From a virus: a stretch of 64,000 nucleotides of DNA. Of the stretch, positions 1 through 8,971 are shown in pieces (within the stretch, counting starts at the first letter, position 1; the number at the start of each line of letters is the position of its first letter). Made by a program: the position numbers and the translations under genes. The DNA lies in IMG/VR virus record IMGVR_UViG_2784746786_000001, positions 9,339 to 73,338 of that record, one strand, 5' to 3'. The notes under the pieces were generated by a model. That model did no database searches. It was not told the DNA's origin and saw only the letters and a list, made by a program, of their open reading frames with translations.

Positions 1-1
1 C

Positions 2-769
2 AGCAGTGTAGGTTTTTTGAAAGATAACGTCACCAGTATATTTTTCATTGCTTAGAATGCCAGCAATCGTGGAGCGTTGCCATCTTGGTCCGTGGCGAGG
101 TGTAGCGACACCGCGCTTGTTTAGATCATCTATAATGCTGATCACCTTTGTACCAGCCAGGTATTTTGTAAATATTTCTTTGACTATGGCGGCCTTATCG
201 GGAACAATTTGTAGATTGTCGCCATTCCAGCTATAACCATAGGGAGGAGAGCATAGCTTGTAGTTGCCATTTTTAAAACGGTGCTGAATAGACCAGTTGA
301 TGTTCTGTGCGGTTGAAGCGGATTCACCTTCAGCGACTGAGCTCATTACAGATAGCATGAGCTCGCTTTCCATAGTAGCGGTATTAAGCGCTTCCTTCTC
401 AAAATAGATTGGGATATCAAGTGACTGCAGCTTGCGGACGATTTCCAGGCAGTCCATGGTGTTTCGCGAAAGTCGGCTTAGTGATTTGGTGACGACCATA
501 TCTATTTGTCGGCTTTCACAGTCTGCCAGCAATCTTTGGAGAGCCGGTCGTTGATACATTTTTGTGCCACTGATGCCCTCATCAAAATATATGTCAGCTA
601 ATTTCCAATCTGGTCTAGAACTTATATAGTTTTCATAGTAGGCTTTTTGCGTTTCCAGGCTTTCTAGCTGCGCGTCACTGGCAGTGGATACGCGACAATA
701 TGCGGCCACACGCAGTTTTTTTCGTCTTATGCGCGGGCGTACAGACTTTATTTCAGTAATCTTTTTCAA
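2..769 (-). CDS. Large serine recombinase (integrase), N-terminal part; runs off the left edge
   Basis: My manual translation from TTG at 769 gives MKKITEIKSVRPRIRRKKLRVAAYCRVSTASDAQLESL (catalytic YCRVS), then KSLSRLSRN and NEKYTGDVIFQKTY (recombinase domain). Not in the ORF track because it is truncated by the window. Confidence 0.9.
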   Translation of the reverse strand, partial: MKKITEIKSVRPRIRRKKLRVAAYCRVSTASDAQLESLETQKAYYENYISSRPDWKLADIYFDEGISGTKMYQRPALQRLLADCESRQIDMVVTKSLSRLSRNTMDCLEIVRKLQSLDIPIYFEKEALNTATMESELMLSVMSSVAEGESASTAQNINWSIQHRFKNGNYKLCSPPYGYSWNGDNLQIVPDKAAIVKEIFTKYLAGTKVISIIDDLNKRGVATPRHGPRWQRSTIAGILSNEKYTGDVIFQKTYTA

Positions 770-817
770 AGAATCACTTCCTTCGGTAGTATCACATGTT
801 AACTCTAAATCGATAGA

Positions 818-1057
818 TTAGCCACTGATTTTTGGTAAAAGTTCAACTAAAAAAGGGGCAAAGGCTTGTCGATTCAGCTTAGTGACAGCGTTAAATTCCT
901 GTAGAGAAATGAGGTTTGCATTGTACATGCTTTGCAATAGTTGCTGGGCTTTATGATAGCCGCAGTCCTGCTGCAGTGCTATGGTGGTTGCTTTTTCCTT
1001 TGGCGTACTTGGCTGCCAGTTTCCTGCAACGGTTCTGATTTCCATAATATCCTCCAT
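818..1057 (-). CDS. SHOCT-like small protein preceding the serine recombinase (start may be 1048)
   Basis: 79 aa with C-terminal AQQLLQSMYNANLISLQEFNAVTKLNRQAF. Has a GGAGG RBS and sits directly upstream of the recombinase. Confidence 0.7.
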   Translation of the reverse strand: MEDIMEIRTVAGNWQPSTPKEKATTIALQQDCGYHKAQQLLQSMYNANLISLQEFNAVTKLNRQAFAPFLVELLPKISG

Positions 1058-1078
1058 CTTGATAATTCTATTTATAAT

Positions 1079-1107
1079 CCAATGGAGAAAAATATGTGAT
1101 TTTGACG
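1079..1107 (-). promoter_or_regulatory. Bipartite motif copy C (CGTCAAAA-N14-CCATTGG) upstream of SHOCT/recombinase
   Basis: Same two boxes and identical 14-nt spacing as the copies at 1212-1240 and 5553-5581. Confidence 0.65.
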
Positions 1108-1127
1108 AGGTCGGCCAAAATATTTTT

Positions 1128-1162
1128 ATAGCTTCCGTAATTGCGGAGGCTATATTTTTTTT
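1128..1162 (+). terminator. Intrinsic terminator-like hairpin between the divergent motif copies
   Basis: ATAGCTTCCG/CGGAGGCTAT stem followed by T8. Confidence 0.6.
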
Positions 1163-1211
1163 GTTTCCTTATAATTACGAGGATGAGCTTTTGAAAAAAT
1201 TGAAGCTATTT

Positions 1212-1240
1212 CGTCAAAAGTCGAATTTCAAGACCAGTGG
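1212..1240 (+). promoter_or_regulatory. Bipartite motif copy A (CGTCAAAA-N14-CCAGTGG) upstream of the recombination/replication operon
   Basis: Seen directly; about 50 nt upstream of the ATG at 1290. Confidence 0.65.
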
Positions 1241-1289
1241 ATATTGTAAGGAGCACACAGGATAAATGCTCCGACAGGAGGTGACGCGA

Positions 1290-1481
1290 ATGCATAGATT
1301 ACACAGACAATCTGAGATTGCTGCAGTTTTATGTGCTATCAGTCTGGTATCGGCTCGAATGGTATATAGGCTGCAAGGCAGAGGTCAAAAAGTGAAAGGA
1401 GGAGACAAGAGTGAAGGATTTAGCAGAGGCTATCATCAAGCTGCGGGATGCCGCTACATTTATCAATCAGCTGGCCGATGA
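1290..1481 (+). CDS. Small hypothetical phage protein
   Basis: GGAGGTG RBS then ATG 1290 (MHRLHRQSEIAAVLCAISLVSARM); first gene of the operon. Confidence 0.45.
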   Translation: MHRLHRQSEIAAVLCAISLVSARMVYRLQGRGQKVKGGDKSEGFSRGYHQAAGCRYIYQSAGR

Positions 1482-1704
1482 GCTGGACACAGGAAAAACA
1501 GGTGATGATAGGGAAGCTCCAGTGAAACCAAAGGTGACATTGGAAGAGGTCAGAGGCGTTTTGGCAGAAAAAGCAGGTCTTGGTTTTACTGCTGAGGTGA
1601 AGGAGCTTTTAAAGAAGCATGGCGGCAAGCGATTGTCTGAAATCGCAGAGACTGACTATGCTGGACTAAAGACGGATGCGGAGGTGCTAGGAAATGGCAG
1701 CTAA
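1411..1704 (+). CDS. Conserved phage protein (family often mislabelled rRNA biogenesis rrp5)
   Basis: VTLEEVRGVLAEK...EVKELLKKHGGKRLSEI motif; AGGAGG RBS; coupled to the DUF2800 gene. Confidence 0.7.
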   Translation: MKDLAEAIIKLRDAATFINQLADELDTGKTGDDREAPVKPKVTLEEVRGVLAEKAGLGFTAEVKELLKKHGGKRLSEIAETDYAGLKTDAEVLGNGS

Positions 1705-2833
1705 AGGACATGCCTTATTATCAGCATCCTCGGCTGGCCGCTGGATGCACTGCCCGCCCTCGGTTAGATTGGGTGAGGGCTTTGCTGATAAGAATAGCAG
1801 CTATGCGGTCGAAGGTACTGAGGCACACGCTTTGTGCGAATATAAGCTACTGAAGGCCTTGAAGCGCAGAGCTGTAAATCCAACTCGTAAGCTGCAATTT
1901 TACAACGAAGAAATGGAAGTTTGCGCGGAAGGCTACCGGGATTTCGTCATGGAGCTTGTCGAGCAAGCTAAGGTGAGAGGCAGTGCTCCGGTAGTATTGG
2001 TTGAGCAGAGGGTAGATTTTTCCAGCTGGGTGAAGGAAGGCTTCGGTACAGCTGATGCACTGGTTATTACTGAAGGGATGCTCACCATTTGTGACTATAA
2101 GCATGGGCAGGGCATTATGGTGGAGGCAACGAATAATGAACAGCTGAAATGCTATGCGTTGGGGGCGCTCTATATGTTTGATGCACTCTATGACATAGAT
2201 AAGGTACAGCTGGTGATCTATCAGCCTAGACGAGAAAATGTCAGTGTTTTTGAGTTGGCGGCAAAGAATTTATACGAGTGGGCTACTGAGTGCTTAGCAC
2301 CGCAGGCGAAACTTGCCTTTGCTGGTGAGGGCGAGTTTTCTTGTGGAGTCTGGTGCAGGTTTTGTAAGGCAAAGCATATCTGTAGAGCTCGTGCAGAGAA
2401 CAATCTTTTGCTTGCAAAGCATGATTTTCAGCTGCCGCCGACCTTGGATGATGTAGAAATAGAATTGATTCTATCAATGGTAGATGATTTATCTGTCTGG
2501 GCAAGCGACATCAAGGAATATGCACTTAGACAGGCTATTGCCGGGAAGGAATGGCAGGGCTGGAAGATCGTAGAGGGACGCTCAAATCGTCGCTATATGA
2601 ATGAAGCTGCGGTAACTGAGGTTGTCAGCAAGGCTGGGTTTGAGCCATACGAAAAGAAGCTTCTGGGCATCACTGCCATGCAGAAGCTTTTGGGTAAGAC
2701 TCGATTTGAAGAGTTGCTGGCAGCTTACATCGAAAAGCCACCTGGTAAACCAACATTAGTACCGAGCAGCGATAAACGCCCGGCAATGCATAATGCAAAA
2801 ACTGAATTTATGGAGGAAAAAGATCATGAGTAA
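1694..2833 (+). CDS. DUF2800 family PD-(D/E)XK (Cas4-like) exonuclease
   Basis: HALLSASSAGRWMHCPPS, EQRVDFS..GFGTADA, DYKHGQG and CRFCKAKHICRAR motifs. Confidence 0.85.
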   Translation: MAAKGHALLSASSAGRWMHCPPSVRLGEGFADKNSSYAVEGTEAHALCEYKLLKALKRRAVNPTRKLQFYNEEMEVCAEGYRDFVMELVEQAKVRGSAPVVLVEQRVDFSSWVKEGFGTADALVITEGMLTICDYKHGQGIMVEATNNEQLKCYALGALYMFDALYDIDKVQLVIYQPRRENVSVFELAAKNLYEWATECLAPQAKLAFAGEGEFSCGVWCRFCKAKHICRARAENNLLLAKHDFQLPPTLDDVEIELILSMVDDLSVWASDIKEYALRQAIAGKEWQGWKIVEGRSNRRYMNEAAVTEVVSKAGFEPYEKKLLGITAMQKLLGKTRFEELLAAYIEKPPGKPTLVPSSDKRPAMHNAKTEFMEEKDHE

Positions 2834-3398
2834 AAATGTAAAAGCTATGAATCCACTGAAGGTAATCACTGGCCCGGAGACTCGTTGGAGCTACGCAAAC
2901 GTATGGGAGCCCAAATCCATCAATGGAGGTACGCCAAAGTACAGCGTCAGCCTTATCGTACCGAAATCGGATACGAAAACTGTAGCCAAGCTAAAGGCAG
3001 CTATCGAGGCCGCTTATAAGGAGGGTGAGGCCAAGCTCAAGGGAAATGGCCGCAGCGTGCCAGCACTTTCTGTAATAAAGACGCCACTTCGTGATGGAGA
3101 CGTAGAGCGCCCGGATGATGCAGCCTATGCCAATGCCTACTTTGTTAATGCCAATGCCACTACGGCACCTGGAATTGTGGATACCGATTGCAATCCTATC
3201 CTGACCCGTTCAGAGGTTTATTCTGGAGTATATGGTCGAGCCAGCATCAGCTTCTACGCCTTCAATAGCTCTGGCAACAAAGGTATTGCCTGCGGTCTTA
3301 ATAACCTGCAGAAAATCAAGGATGGCGAGCCTCTTGGTGGTCGCAGCCGTGCAGAAGATGACTTTGCAACTGACGACGATGATGATTTCTTGAGCTGA
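2826..3398 (+). CDS. DUF2815 family single-stranded DNA-binding protein
   Basis: RWSYANVWEPK, PLRDGD, YSGVYGRASISFYAF and GLNNLQKIKDGEPLGG motifs, with an acidic tail (DDDDDFLS). Confidence 0.85.
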   Translation: MSKNVKAMNPLKVITGPETRWSYANVWEPKSINGGTPKYSVSLIVPKSDTKTVAKLKAAIEAAYKEGEAKLKGNGRSVPALSVIKTPLRDGDVERPDDAAYANAYFVNANATTAPGIVDTDCNPILTRSEVYSGVYGRASISFYAFNSSGNKGIACGLNNLQKIKDGEPLGGRSRAEDDFATDDDDDFLS

Positions 3399-3413
3399 TA
3401 GGAAGGATAGCGC

Positions 3414-3560
3414 ATGGGTATGGAAATTTATGAATTTGCAAAGCAGTTTGATGTTATAGTGGTCTTCATGTTATTTTCGATGATGATTGGATATTATGTG
3501 AAAGGCTTTACTGATCGGCTTGTCGATTGCTTGTTCGATAGATGGCAAAATAGAAAATAA
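3414..3560 (+). CDS. Small membrane protein (48 aa)
   Basis: Manual ORF MGMEIYEFAKQFDVIVVFMLFSMMIGYYVKGFTDRLVDCLFDRWQNRK with a GGAAGG RBS and one hydrophobic segment. Confidence 0.55.
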   Translation: MGMEIYEFAKQFDVIVVFMLFSMMIGYYVKGFTDRLVDCLFDRWQNRK

Positions 3561-3616
3561 AGGATACGAAGCGGTGGGGGATGTCCTCCATCGCTTCGTT
3601 TGTAAAGGAGTAAATT

Positions 3617-5545
3617 ATGAAGACATTAAGTATCGATATCGAGACTTTTTCCTCTGTGAATTTGGCAAAGTCTGGCGTATATCATTATGCAGAATCGCCT
3701 GATTTTGAAATACTGCTCTTTGGCTATTCAGTAGATGGCGGTGAAGTGAAGGTCGTAGATATGGTGGCAGGCGAGATGATACCTGTCGAGGTAGTGGGGG
3801 CATTGATGGACGATACCGTCATCAAGTGGGCATTCAATGCGTCATTCGAGAGGACGTGCCTGGCTAGATGGTTGGATGAATATATTTCCCCAGATTCCTG
3901 GCGCTGTACGATGATTTGGGCAGCTACACTTGGTCTGCCATTATCCTTGGAGGGCGTAGGAACTGTGCTAGGGTTGGAAAAGCAGAAGCTGACCGAGGGC
4001 AAGAGCCTCATTCGTTACTTTTGTGTGCCGTGTGCTGCGACCAAGGCCAATGGCGGCAGGACGAGAAATCTTCCAGAACACGATAAGGCAAAATGGGAAC
4101 TGTTTAAGTCATATAATCTGCGGGATGTTGAAACAGAAATGGCCATACAGGAAAAGCTGTCGAGGTTTCCAGTTCCTGATGCAATTTGGGAGGAGTACCA
4201 TCTAGATCAGGAAATCAATGATCGCGGCATTGGCATAGATATGACATTGGTAAAGCAGGCTATTGCCATGGATGAACGCTCGAAGGCTAGACTCATCGAG
4301 TTGATGCAGGAGCGGACGAACCTAGTTAATCCAAACTCGGTGCAGCAGATGAAAGCGTGGCTGGCAAATAACGGTTTGGAGACGGATAACCTTGGGAAGA
4401 AGGCTGTGGCAGAGCTTTTAAAGGAGGCGCCGGAGCCACTAGCTGAGGTGTTGGAGCTACGGCAGCAGCTTGCCAAGTCCAGCGTCAAGAAGTACACAGC
4501 CATGGGAAACGCAGTCTGCTCAGATAGCCGGGTAAAGGGAATGTTTCAGTTCTACGGTGCCAATCGGACAGGCCGCTTCAGTGGACGGCTTGTTCAGCTG
4601 CAAAACTTACCTCAAAACCACATGAGTGATTTGGCAGAGGCAAGGTCGCTGGTTCGCTCTGGCAATTATGAGGCAATGTCAATGCTATATGGTTCGATTC
4701 CGGATGCCTTGTCCGAGCTTATCCGCACATCCTTTGTGCCGCAGGACGGGCGAAAGTTTATCGTAGCTGACTTTTCTGCTATTGAGGCTCGTGTCATTGC
4801 CTGGCTTGCTGGCGAAGTCTGGCGGCTCGAGGTATTTAAAAGCGGTGGAGATATATACTGTGCCTCGGCATCACAGATGTTTAAGGTGAAGGTTGTGAAA
4901 AACGGAGAAAATGGGCATCTTCGCCAGAAAGGTAAAATATCGGAATTAGCGCTTGGGTATGGTGGCTCTGTTGGCGCATTAAAGGCAATGGGGGCGCTAG
5001 ACATGGGGCTGGAGGAAGATGAGCTACAAGGTCTCGTCAATGCCTGGCGTAATGCCAATCCGCACATCGTTCGATTGTGGTGGGATGTTGATCATGCTGT
5101 AAGGGTTTGTGTGGTAGAGCACCGTCAATCTATTTTGTATGGATTGCATTTTAGCTATGAGAGTGGTTTCCTTTTCATTACGCTGCCAAGTGGTCGGCGG
5201 CTTGCTTATGTCAAGCCAAAGATGGGCGTGAACAAGTTTGGCGGAGAGTCGGTCACCTATGAAGGTGTTGGGGCAACGAAGAAATGGGAACGGTTAGAAA
5301 GCTATGGCCCGAAGTTTGTGGAGAATATTGTCCAGGGCATTGCCAGGGATATTCTCCTGTATGCCATGAAGACATTACGGAATTGCTCTATCGTAGCGCA
5401 CATCCATGATGAGCTCATCATAGAAGCAGACAGACGAATGTCACTATCAGCCATATGTGAGCAGATGGGACGTACACCGCCGTGGGCAGAGGGATTGCTC
5501 CTTCGAGCTGATGGCTACGAATGTGATTTTTATAAAAAAGATTAA
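3617..5545 (+). CDS. polA: Phage family A DNA polymerase with 3'-5' exonuclease domain
   Basis: Exo I motif SIDIETFS, motif A ADFSAIEAR, motif B RQKGKISELALGYG, motif C HIHDE. Confidence 0.95.
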   Translation: MKTLSIDIETFSSVNLAKSGVYHYAESPDFEILLFGYSVDGGEVKVVDMVAGEMIPVEVVGALMDDTVIKWAFNASFERTCLARWLDEYISPDSWRCTMIWAATLGLPLSLEGVGTVLGLEKQKLTEGKSLIRYFCVPCAATKANGGRTRNLPEHDKAKWELFKSYNLRDVETEMAIQEKLSRFPVPDAIWEEYHLDQEINDRGIGIDMTLVKQAIAMDERSKARLIELMQERTNLVNPNSVQQMKAWLANNGLETDNLGKKAVAELLKEAPEPLAEVLELRQQLAKSSVKKYTAMGNAVCSDSRVKGMFQFYGANRTGRFSGRLVQLQNLPQNHMSDLAEARSLVRSGNYEAMSMLYGSIPDALSELIRTSFVPQDGRKFIVADFSAIEARVIAWLAGEVWRLEVFKSGGDIYCASASQMFKVKVVKNGENGHLRQKGKISELALGYGGSVGALKAMGALDMGLEEDELQGLVNAWRNANPHIVRLWWDVDHAVRVCVVEHRQSILYGLHFSYESGFLFITLPSGRRLAYVKPKMGVNKFGGESVTYEGVGATKKWERLESYGPKFVENIVQGIARDILLYAMKTLRNCSIVAHIHDELIIEADRRMSLSAICEQMGRTPPWAEGLLLRADGYECDFYKKD

Positions 5546-5552
5546 ATTGTTT

Positions 5553-5581
5553 CGTCAAAATCTGAAAAACATCTCCAGTGG
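5553..5581 (+). promoter_or_regulatory. Bipartite motif copy B (CGTCAAAA-N14-CCAGTGG) upstream of the primase operon
   Basis: Seen directly; lies just after the polA stop codon. Confidence 0.65.
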
Positions 5582-5611
5582 TTTATATAGAGAGGTGGTA
5601 GATTGCATAGG

Positions 5612-5640
5612 CGTTCATCTCAGAGATGGACGCTTTTTCT
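5612..5640 (+). terminator. Hairpin plus T-tract in the leader of the primase operon
   Basis: GCGTTCATCT-CAG-AGATGGACGC followed by TTTTTCT. Confidence 0.5.
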
Positions 5641-5675
5641 TGCCACAAATTATTCCGACAGAGGAGGTCGAGTCT

Positions 5676-5879
5676 ATGTTTTATGTTAAGGAAAAGCTCG
5701 GTGAAACTACGGAGGTAGCAGTAAAAATAACTGCTGAGAATGTGTTTTGCAAGTGCCCGCGTTGCCAGGCCGAGGTGCCAGTAGACCTCATGGAGTTTAT
5801 GGGGGACAAGGATTTTGGACTGTATGACTCAGCTGTTTACTGTGATAACTGTGTTGAGCTTTTGAAACGGGGGGTATGA
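5676..5879 (+). CDS. Small zinc-ribbon-like protein
   Basis: GAGGAGG RBS; CPRC...CDNC. Confidence 0.65.
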   Translation: MFYVKEKLGETTEVAVKITAENVFCKCPRCQAEVPVDLMEFMGDKDFGLYDSAVYCDNCVELLKRGV

Positions 5880-5880
5880 A

Positions 5881-6300
5881 ATGGACAGAGAGTATGTAAA
5901 TGCCGAGGGCTACCCTGATCCAACTTGCTATGCGGCACTAAATAAACTGCAACGAGAAGATAAAGCTATTTTCCGGCCTTTGGTATATATCTGCAGCCCA
6001 TATAGGGGGGATGAGCGAGAGAATACATTAAGGGCGCAGTACTATTGTCGGTTTGCTGTCAGTAAGGGATATATCCCCATAGCACCACATATCTACTTCA
6101 CGCAGTTTCTAGCTGATCAAAAAGAGTCAGAGCGTAGTGTAGCTATTTTTATGAATTTGGTGCTTTTAGGAAAATGCCATGAGCTGTGGTGCTTTGGTGA
6201 GAAGGTATCCGATGGTATGCAAGTAGAACTGGATAAGGCCAAACATCTAAGGAAAATACTGCGGTATTTTACGGAAGATTTGGAGGAGATATCGATATGA
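5881..6300 (+). CDS. DUF4406-like nucleotide-binding-fold protein
   Basis: VYICSPYRG, PIAPHIYFTQF and CHELWCFG...SDGMQVE motifs. Confidence 0.65.
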   Translation: MDREYVNAEGYPDPTCYAALNKLQREDKAIFRPLVYICSPYRGDERENTLRAQYYCRFAVSKGYIPIAPHIYFTQFLADQKESERSVAIFMNLVLLGKCHELWCFGEKVSDGMQVELDKAKHLRKILRYFTEDLEEISI

Positions 6301-8564
6301 GATTTACATTGTACCGAGCAAATTGTCGGGGTGAAGAACTAAATTCACTATATCCGACCAAGGAAGAAATCACAGATGAAGCAGCACTAGCGCATGCAGT
6401 GCAATATGATCATGTAATGGCATTATATAAAGGAAATCACCGTAGTAGTGCAAATTTCGAGCTTACGGACTGCATACCAGATGATTGTGATAATGACCAC
6501 TCAGACAGTCCGGAGGAGTGGATCACTGCTGAAAAGCTGGAACGCTATTTTCAGGATGTATCCTATGCTTTGGTTTATAGTCGCAGCCACAATAAGCAAA
6601 AAGGGGACAGAGCTCCAAGACCACGCTTCCATGTATATTTCCCTATTGAGGAACTATGCAAGGCAGATAGTTATGCAAGAGAGAAACAGCGTATTCTGTC
6701 CTATTTTCCTTACTTTGACAAAAATGCGCAGGATACAGCACGGTTTCTATACGGAACGGATAATCCACAGCTTTTGTGGCATGAGGGAAGCAAAACAGTC
6801 CTTGAATTTTTAACAGAACAGGATTTTAAGCGCTGGGAGGCTGACATTGAAAAGATTCCTGAAGGGCAACGAAATGCTACAATGTCAAAATTTGCTGGGC
6901 GCATCATAAAACGCTATGGTGATACCTCTGATGCTTGCAATATCTTTATGGAACGTGCCGGGAAATGTGAGCCGCCATTGGATGACCGTGAGCTGGCACG
7001 TATCTGGCAGAGTGCCCAGAGCTTTTATCAACGGATAGCAACTGAGCCTGGGTATGTTGCACCGGAGAATTACGAAAGTGGTTTTATGATAATGCCAGCA
7101 GATAAATCCGATGTTGGGCAGGCAGTCGTGCTCGCTAGAGAATATAGCTGGTGCCTTAGATATTCTCCGTCAACGGATTTTATTGTCTATAACGGCAGCT
7201 ATTGGGAGGAAAGCAAGCCTAAAGCACAGGGATTGTCTCAGGAGCTGACGGATAGACAGCTGGCTGAGGCAGAAGCAGAGATGGAAAAGGTGCGGGCAAT
7301 TCTAGAAGGCCAGGGCGTTGTTGATGTGATAAGGATAAATGCTAATCGTTGCTCAAAGGCAGATAGCGAGCGATTGGCTGTGCTTACAGAGGAACAACGG
7401 GCTTTATATTTACAGTATAAAAGAGCGGAAGCCTATCGGAATTATGCCATTAAACGGCGTGAGTCCAAATATATCGGTAACGCACTGAAGGAAAGCCGCC
7501 CAATGCTTGAAATTACACAGCGAGAGCTGGACAGCAATGAATATCTGTTGAACACGCCATCTTTTACTTATGATTTGAGACAAGGGGTGGCTGGTGTGAT
7601 GGAACATAGTGCAGAGCACTTTATCACGAAGCAAACACTGGTCGATGCGGATGAAGTTCGACGTGAGCTTTGGATGGATGCCCTGAATACTTTTTTCCTG
7701 ACTGATACGGAGCTTATTGGATATGTTCAACGAATTGTGGGGCTGGCAGCTATTGGCAAGGTGTTCATGGAGACATTGGTTATTGCTTATGGGGAAGGAC
7801 GTAACGGAAAATCTACCTTTTGGAATGTGCTGGCCAGAGTTTTAGGAAGCTATAGTGGAACGATGTCAGCGGAGACTTTAACCATTGGCTGTAGGAGAAA
7901 TGTTCGGCCGGAGCTGGCTGAGGCCAAGGGAAAACGTCTACTCATAGCAGCTGAGCTGGAAGAAGGAATGCGTCTAAGTACCGCCAATGTGAAGCAACTT
8001 TGTTCAACAGATGAGATTTCAGCTGAGAAAAAGTACAAGGATCCGTTTAGCTACACACCTAGTCATACATTGGTGCTCTATACCAATCATCTTCCTAAAG
8101 TGGGGGCGATGGACCAGGGAACGTGGCGCAGACTGATTGTTATCCCTTTTGATGCCAGAATTGAAGGAAGTTCAGATATTAAGAATTATACAGATTATCT
8201 ATTTGAGAACGCGGGGGGCGCAATCTTAAGCTGGATAATCGAGGGAGCGAGAAAGGTCATCGCAGAAGATTGCAAAATAACAGCGCCCCAAAGAGTGCAG
8301 AGAGCCATTAATGAATATCGAGAAATCAACAACTGGATGGAGCATTTTCTGGAGGAATGCTGTGAAGTAGGCCCGCTATTTGAGGCAAAATCTGGTGAGG
8401 TGTATGACAATTATCGAGCTTTCTGTGTTCGAACCGGTGAGTACGTCAGAAATAGTGCGGATTTTTACGGGGCGATAGAAGCTTCTGGCTTTGATCGCTA
8501 TAGAAGCAGCAAAGGCAAGTATATCAAGGGGTTACAGCTGAAATCAGAATTCTTGATAAATTAA
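6297..8564 (+). CDS. P4-family primase/SF3 helicase
   Basis: RPRFHVYFP, PriCT-like GQRNATM, D5_N region, Walker A GEGRNGKST, and TNHLPK. Confidence 0.92.
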   Translation: MRFTLYRANCRGEELNSLYPTKEEITDEAALAHAVQYDHVMALYKGNHRSSANFELTDCIPDDCDNDHSDSPEEWITAEKLERYFQDVSYALVYSRSHNKQKGDRAPRPRFHVYFPIEELCKADSYAREKQRILSYFPYFDKNAQDTARFLYGTDNPQLLWHEGSKTVLEFLTEQDFKRWEADIEKIPEGQRNATMSKFAGRIIKRYGDTSDACNIFMERAGKCEPPLDDRELARIWQSAQSFYQRIATEPGYVAPENYESGFMIMPADKSDVGQAVVLAREYSWCLRYSPSTDFIVYNGSYWEESKPKAQGLSQELTDRQLAEAEAEMEKVRAILEGQGVVDVIRINANRCSKADSERLAVLTEEQRALYLQYKRAEAYRNYAIKRRESKYIGNALKESRPMLEITQRELDSNEYLLNTPSFTYDLRQGVAGVMEHSAEHFITKQTLVDADEVRRELWMDALNTFFLTDTELIGYVQRIVGLAAIGKVFMETLVIAYGEGRNGKSTFWNVLARVLGSYSGTMSAETLTIGCRRNVRPELAEAKGKRLLIAAELEEGMRLSTANVKQLCSTDEISAEKKYKDPFSYTPSHTLVLYTNHLPKVGAMDQGTWRRLIVIPFDARIEGSSDIKNYTDYLFENAGGAILSWIIEGARKVIAEDCKITAPQRVQRAINEYREINNWMEHFLEECCEVGPLFEAKSGEVYDNYRAFCVRTGEYVRNSADFYGAIEASGFDRYRSSKGKYIKGLQLKSEFLIN

Positions 8565-8567
8565 ATA

Positions 8568-8666
8568 GTGCCACCTCATGCCACCTCTATATAGAAAGTC
8601 CTCTATAGGGACAAAAAATTTTAACTATATAGAGAGATTATAGGTAGGGCCGGCATGAGGTGGCAC
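8568..8666. repeat. 15-bp perfect inverted repeat flanking an AT-rich core; candidate replication origin
   Basis: GTGCCACCTCATGCC (8568-8582) and GGCATGAGGTGGCAC (8652-8666), directly after the primase gene. Confidence 0.6.
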
Positions 8667-8689
8667 AGCTTAGAACAATGGAGGCACTT

Positions 8690-8971
8690 ATGCGAGAAAC
8701 ACTGATAGAGCAAAAGCTGGTTAAAGACACTAAAGCGGCAGGAGGGATAGCACTGAAGTTTACGTCTCCTGGATTTGATGGGATGCCAGACCGTGTCCTC
8801 TTGTTTCCAGATGGCAGGCTGTGCTTTGTCGAGGTAAAAGCACCTGGGAAAAAGCCTAGGCCTTTGCAGCTTGCAAGACATAAGCTATTGCGGCGGCTTG
8901 GCTTTAAGGTCTATGTGCTGGATGCCGCAGAGCAGATTGGAGGGATACTGGATGATATTCAAGCCACATGA
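8690..8971 (+). CDS. VRR-NUC domain nuclease
   Basis: GMPDRVLL...FVEVKAPGKKPRPLQ. Confidence 0.9.
   Translation: MRETLIEQKLVKDTKAAGGIALKFTSPGFDGMPDRVLLFPDGRLCFVEVKAPGKKPRPLQLARHKLLRRLGFKVYVLDAAEQIGGILDDIQAT

Noticed and set aside
981-1265. 94-aa hydrophobic ORF
   Set aside because: Overlaps the SHOCT gene, the terminator and both regulatory motifs; its hydrophobicity comes from T-rich regulatory DNA.
1411-1704. rRNA biogenesis (rrp5) function
   Set aside because: A propagated label for a small phage protein; nothing in the sequence supports it.
1694-2833. Cas4-like nuclease as part of a CRISPR system
   Set aside because: It sits in the standard phage DUF2800-DUF2815-PolA module; no array or other cas genes.
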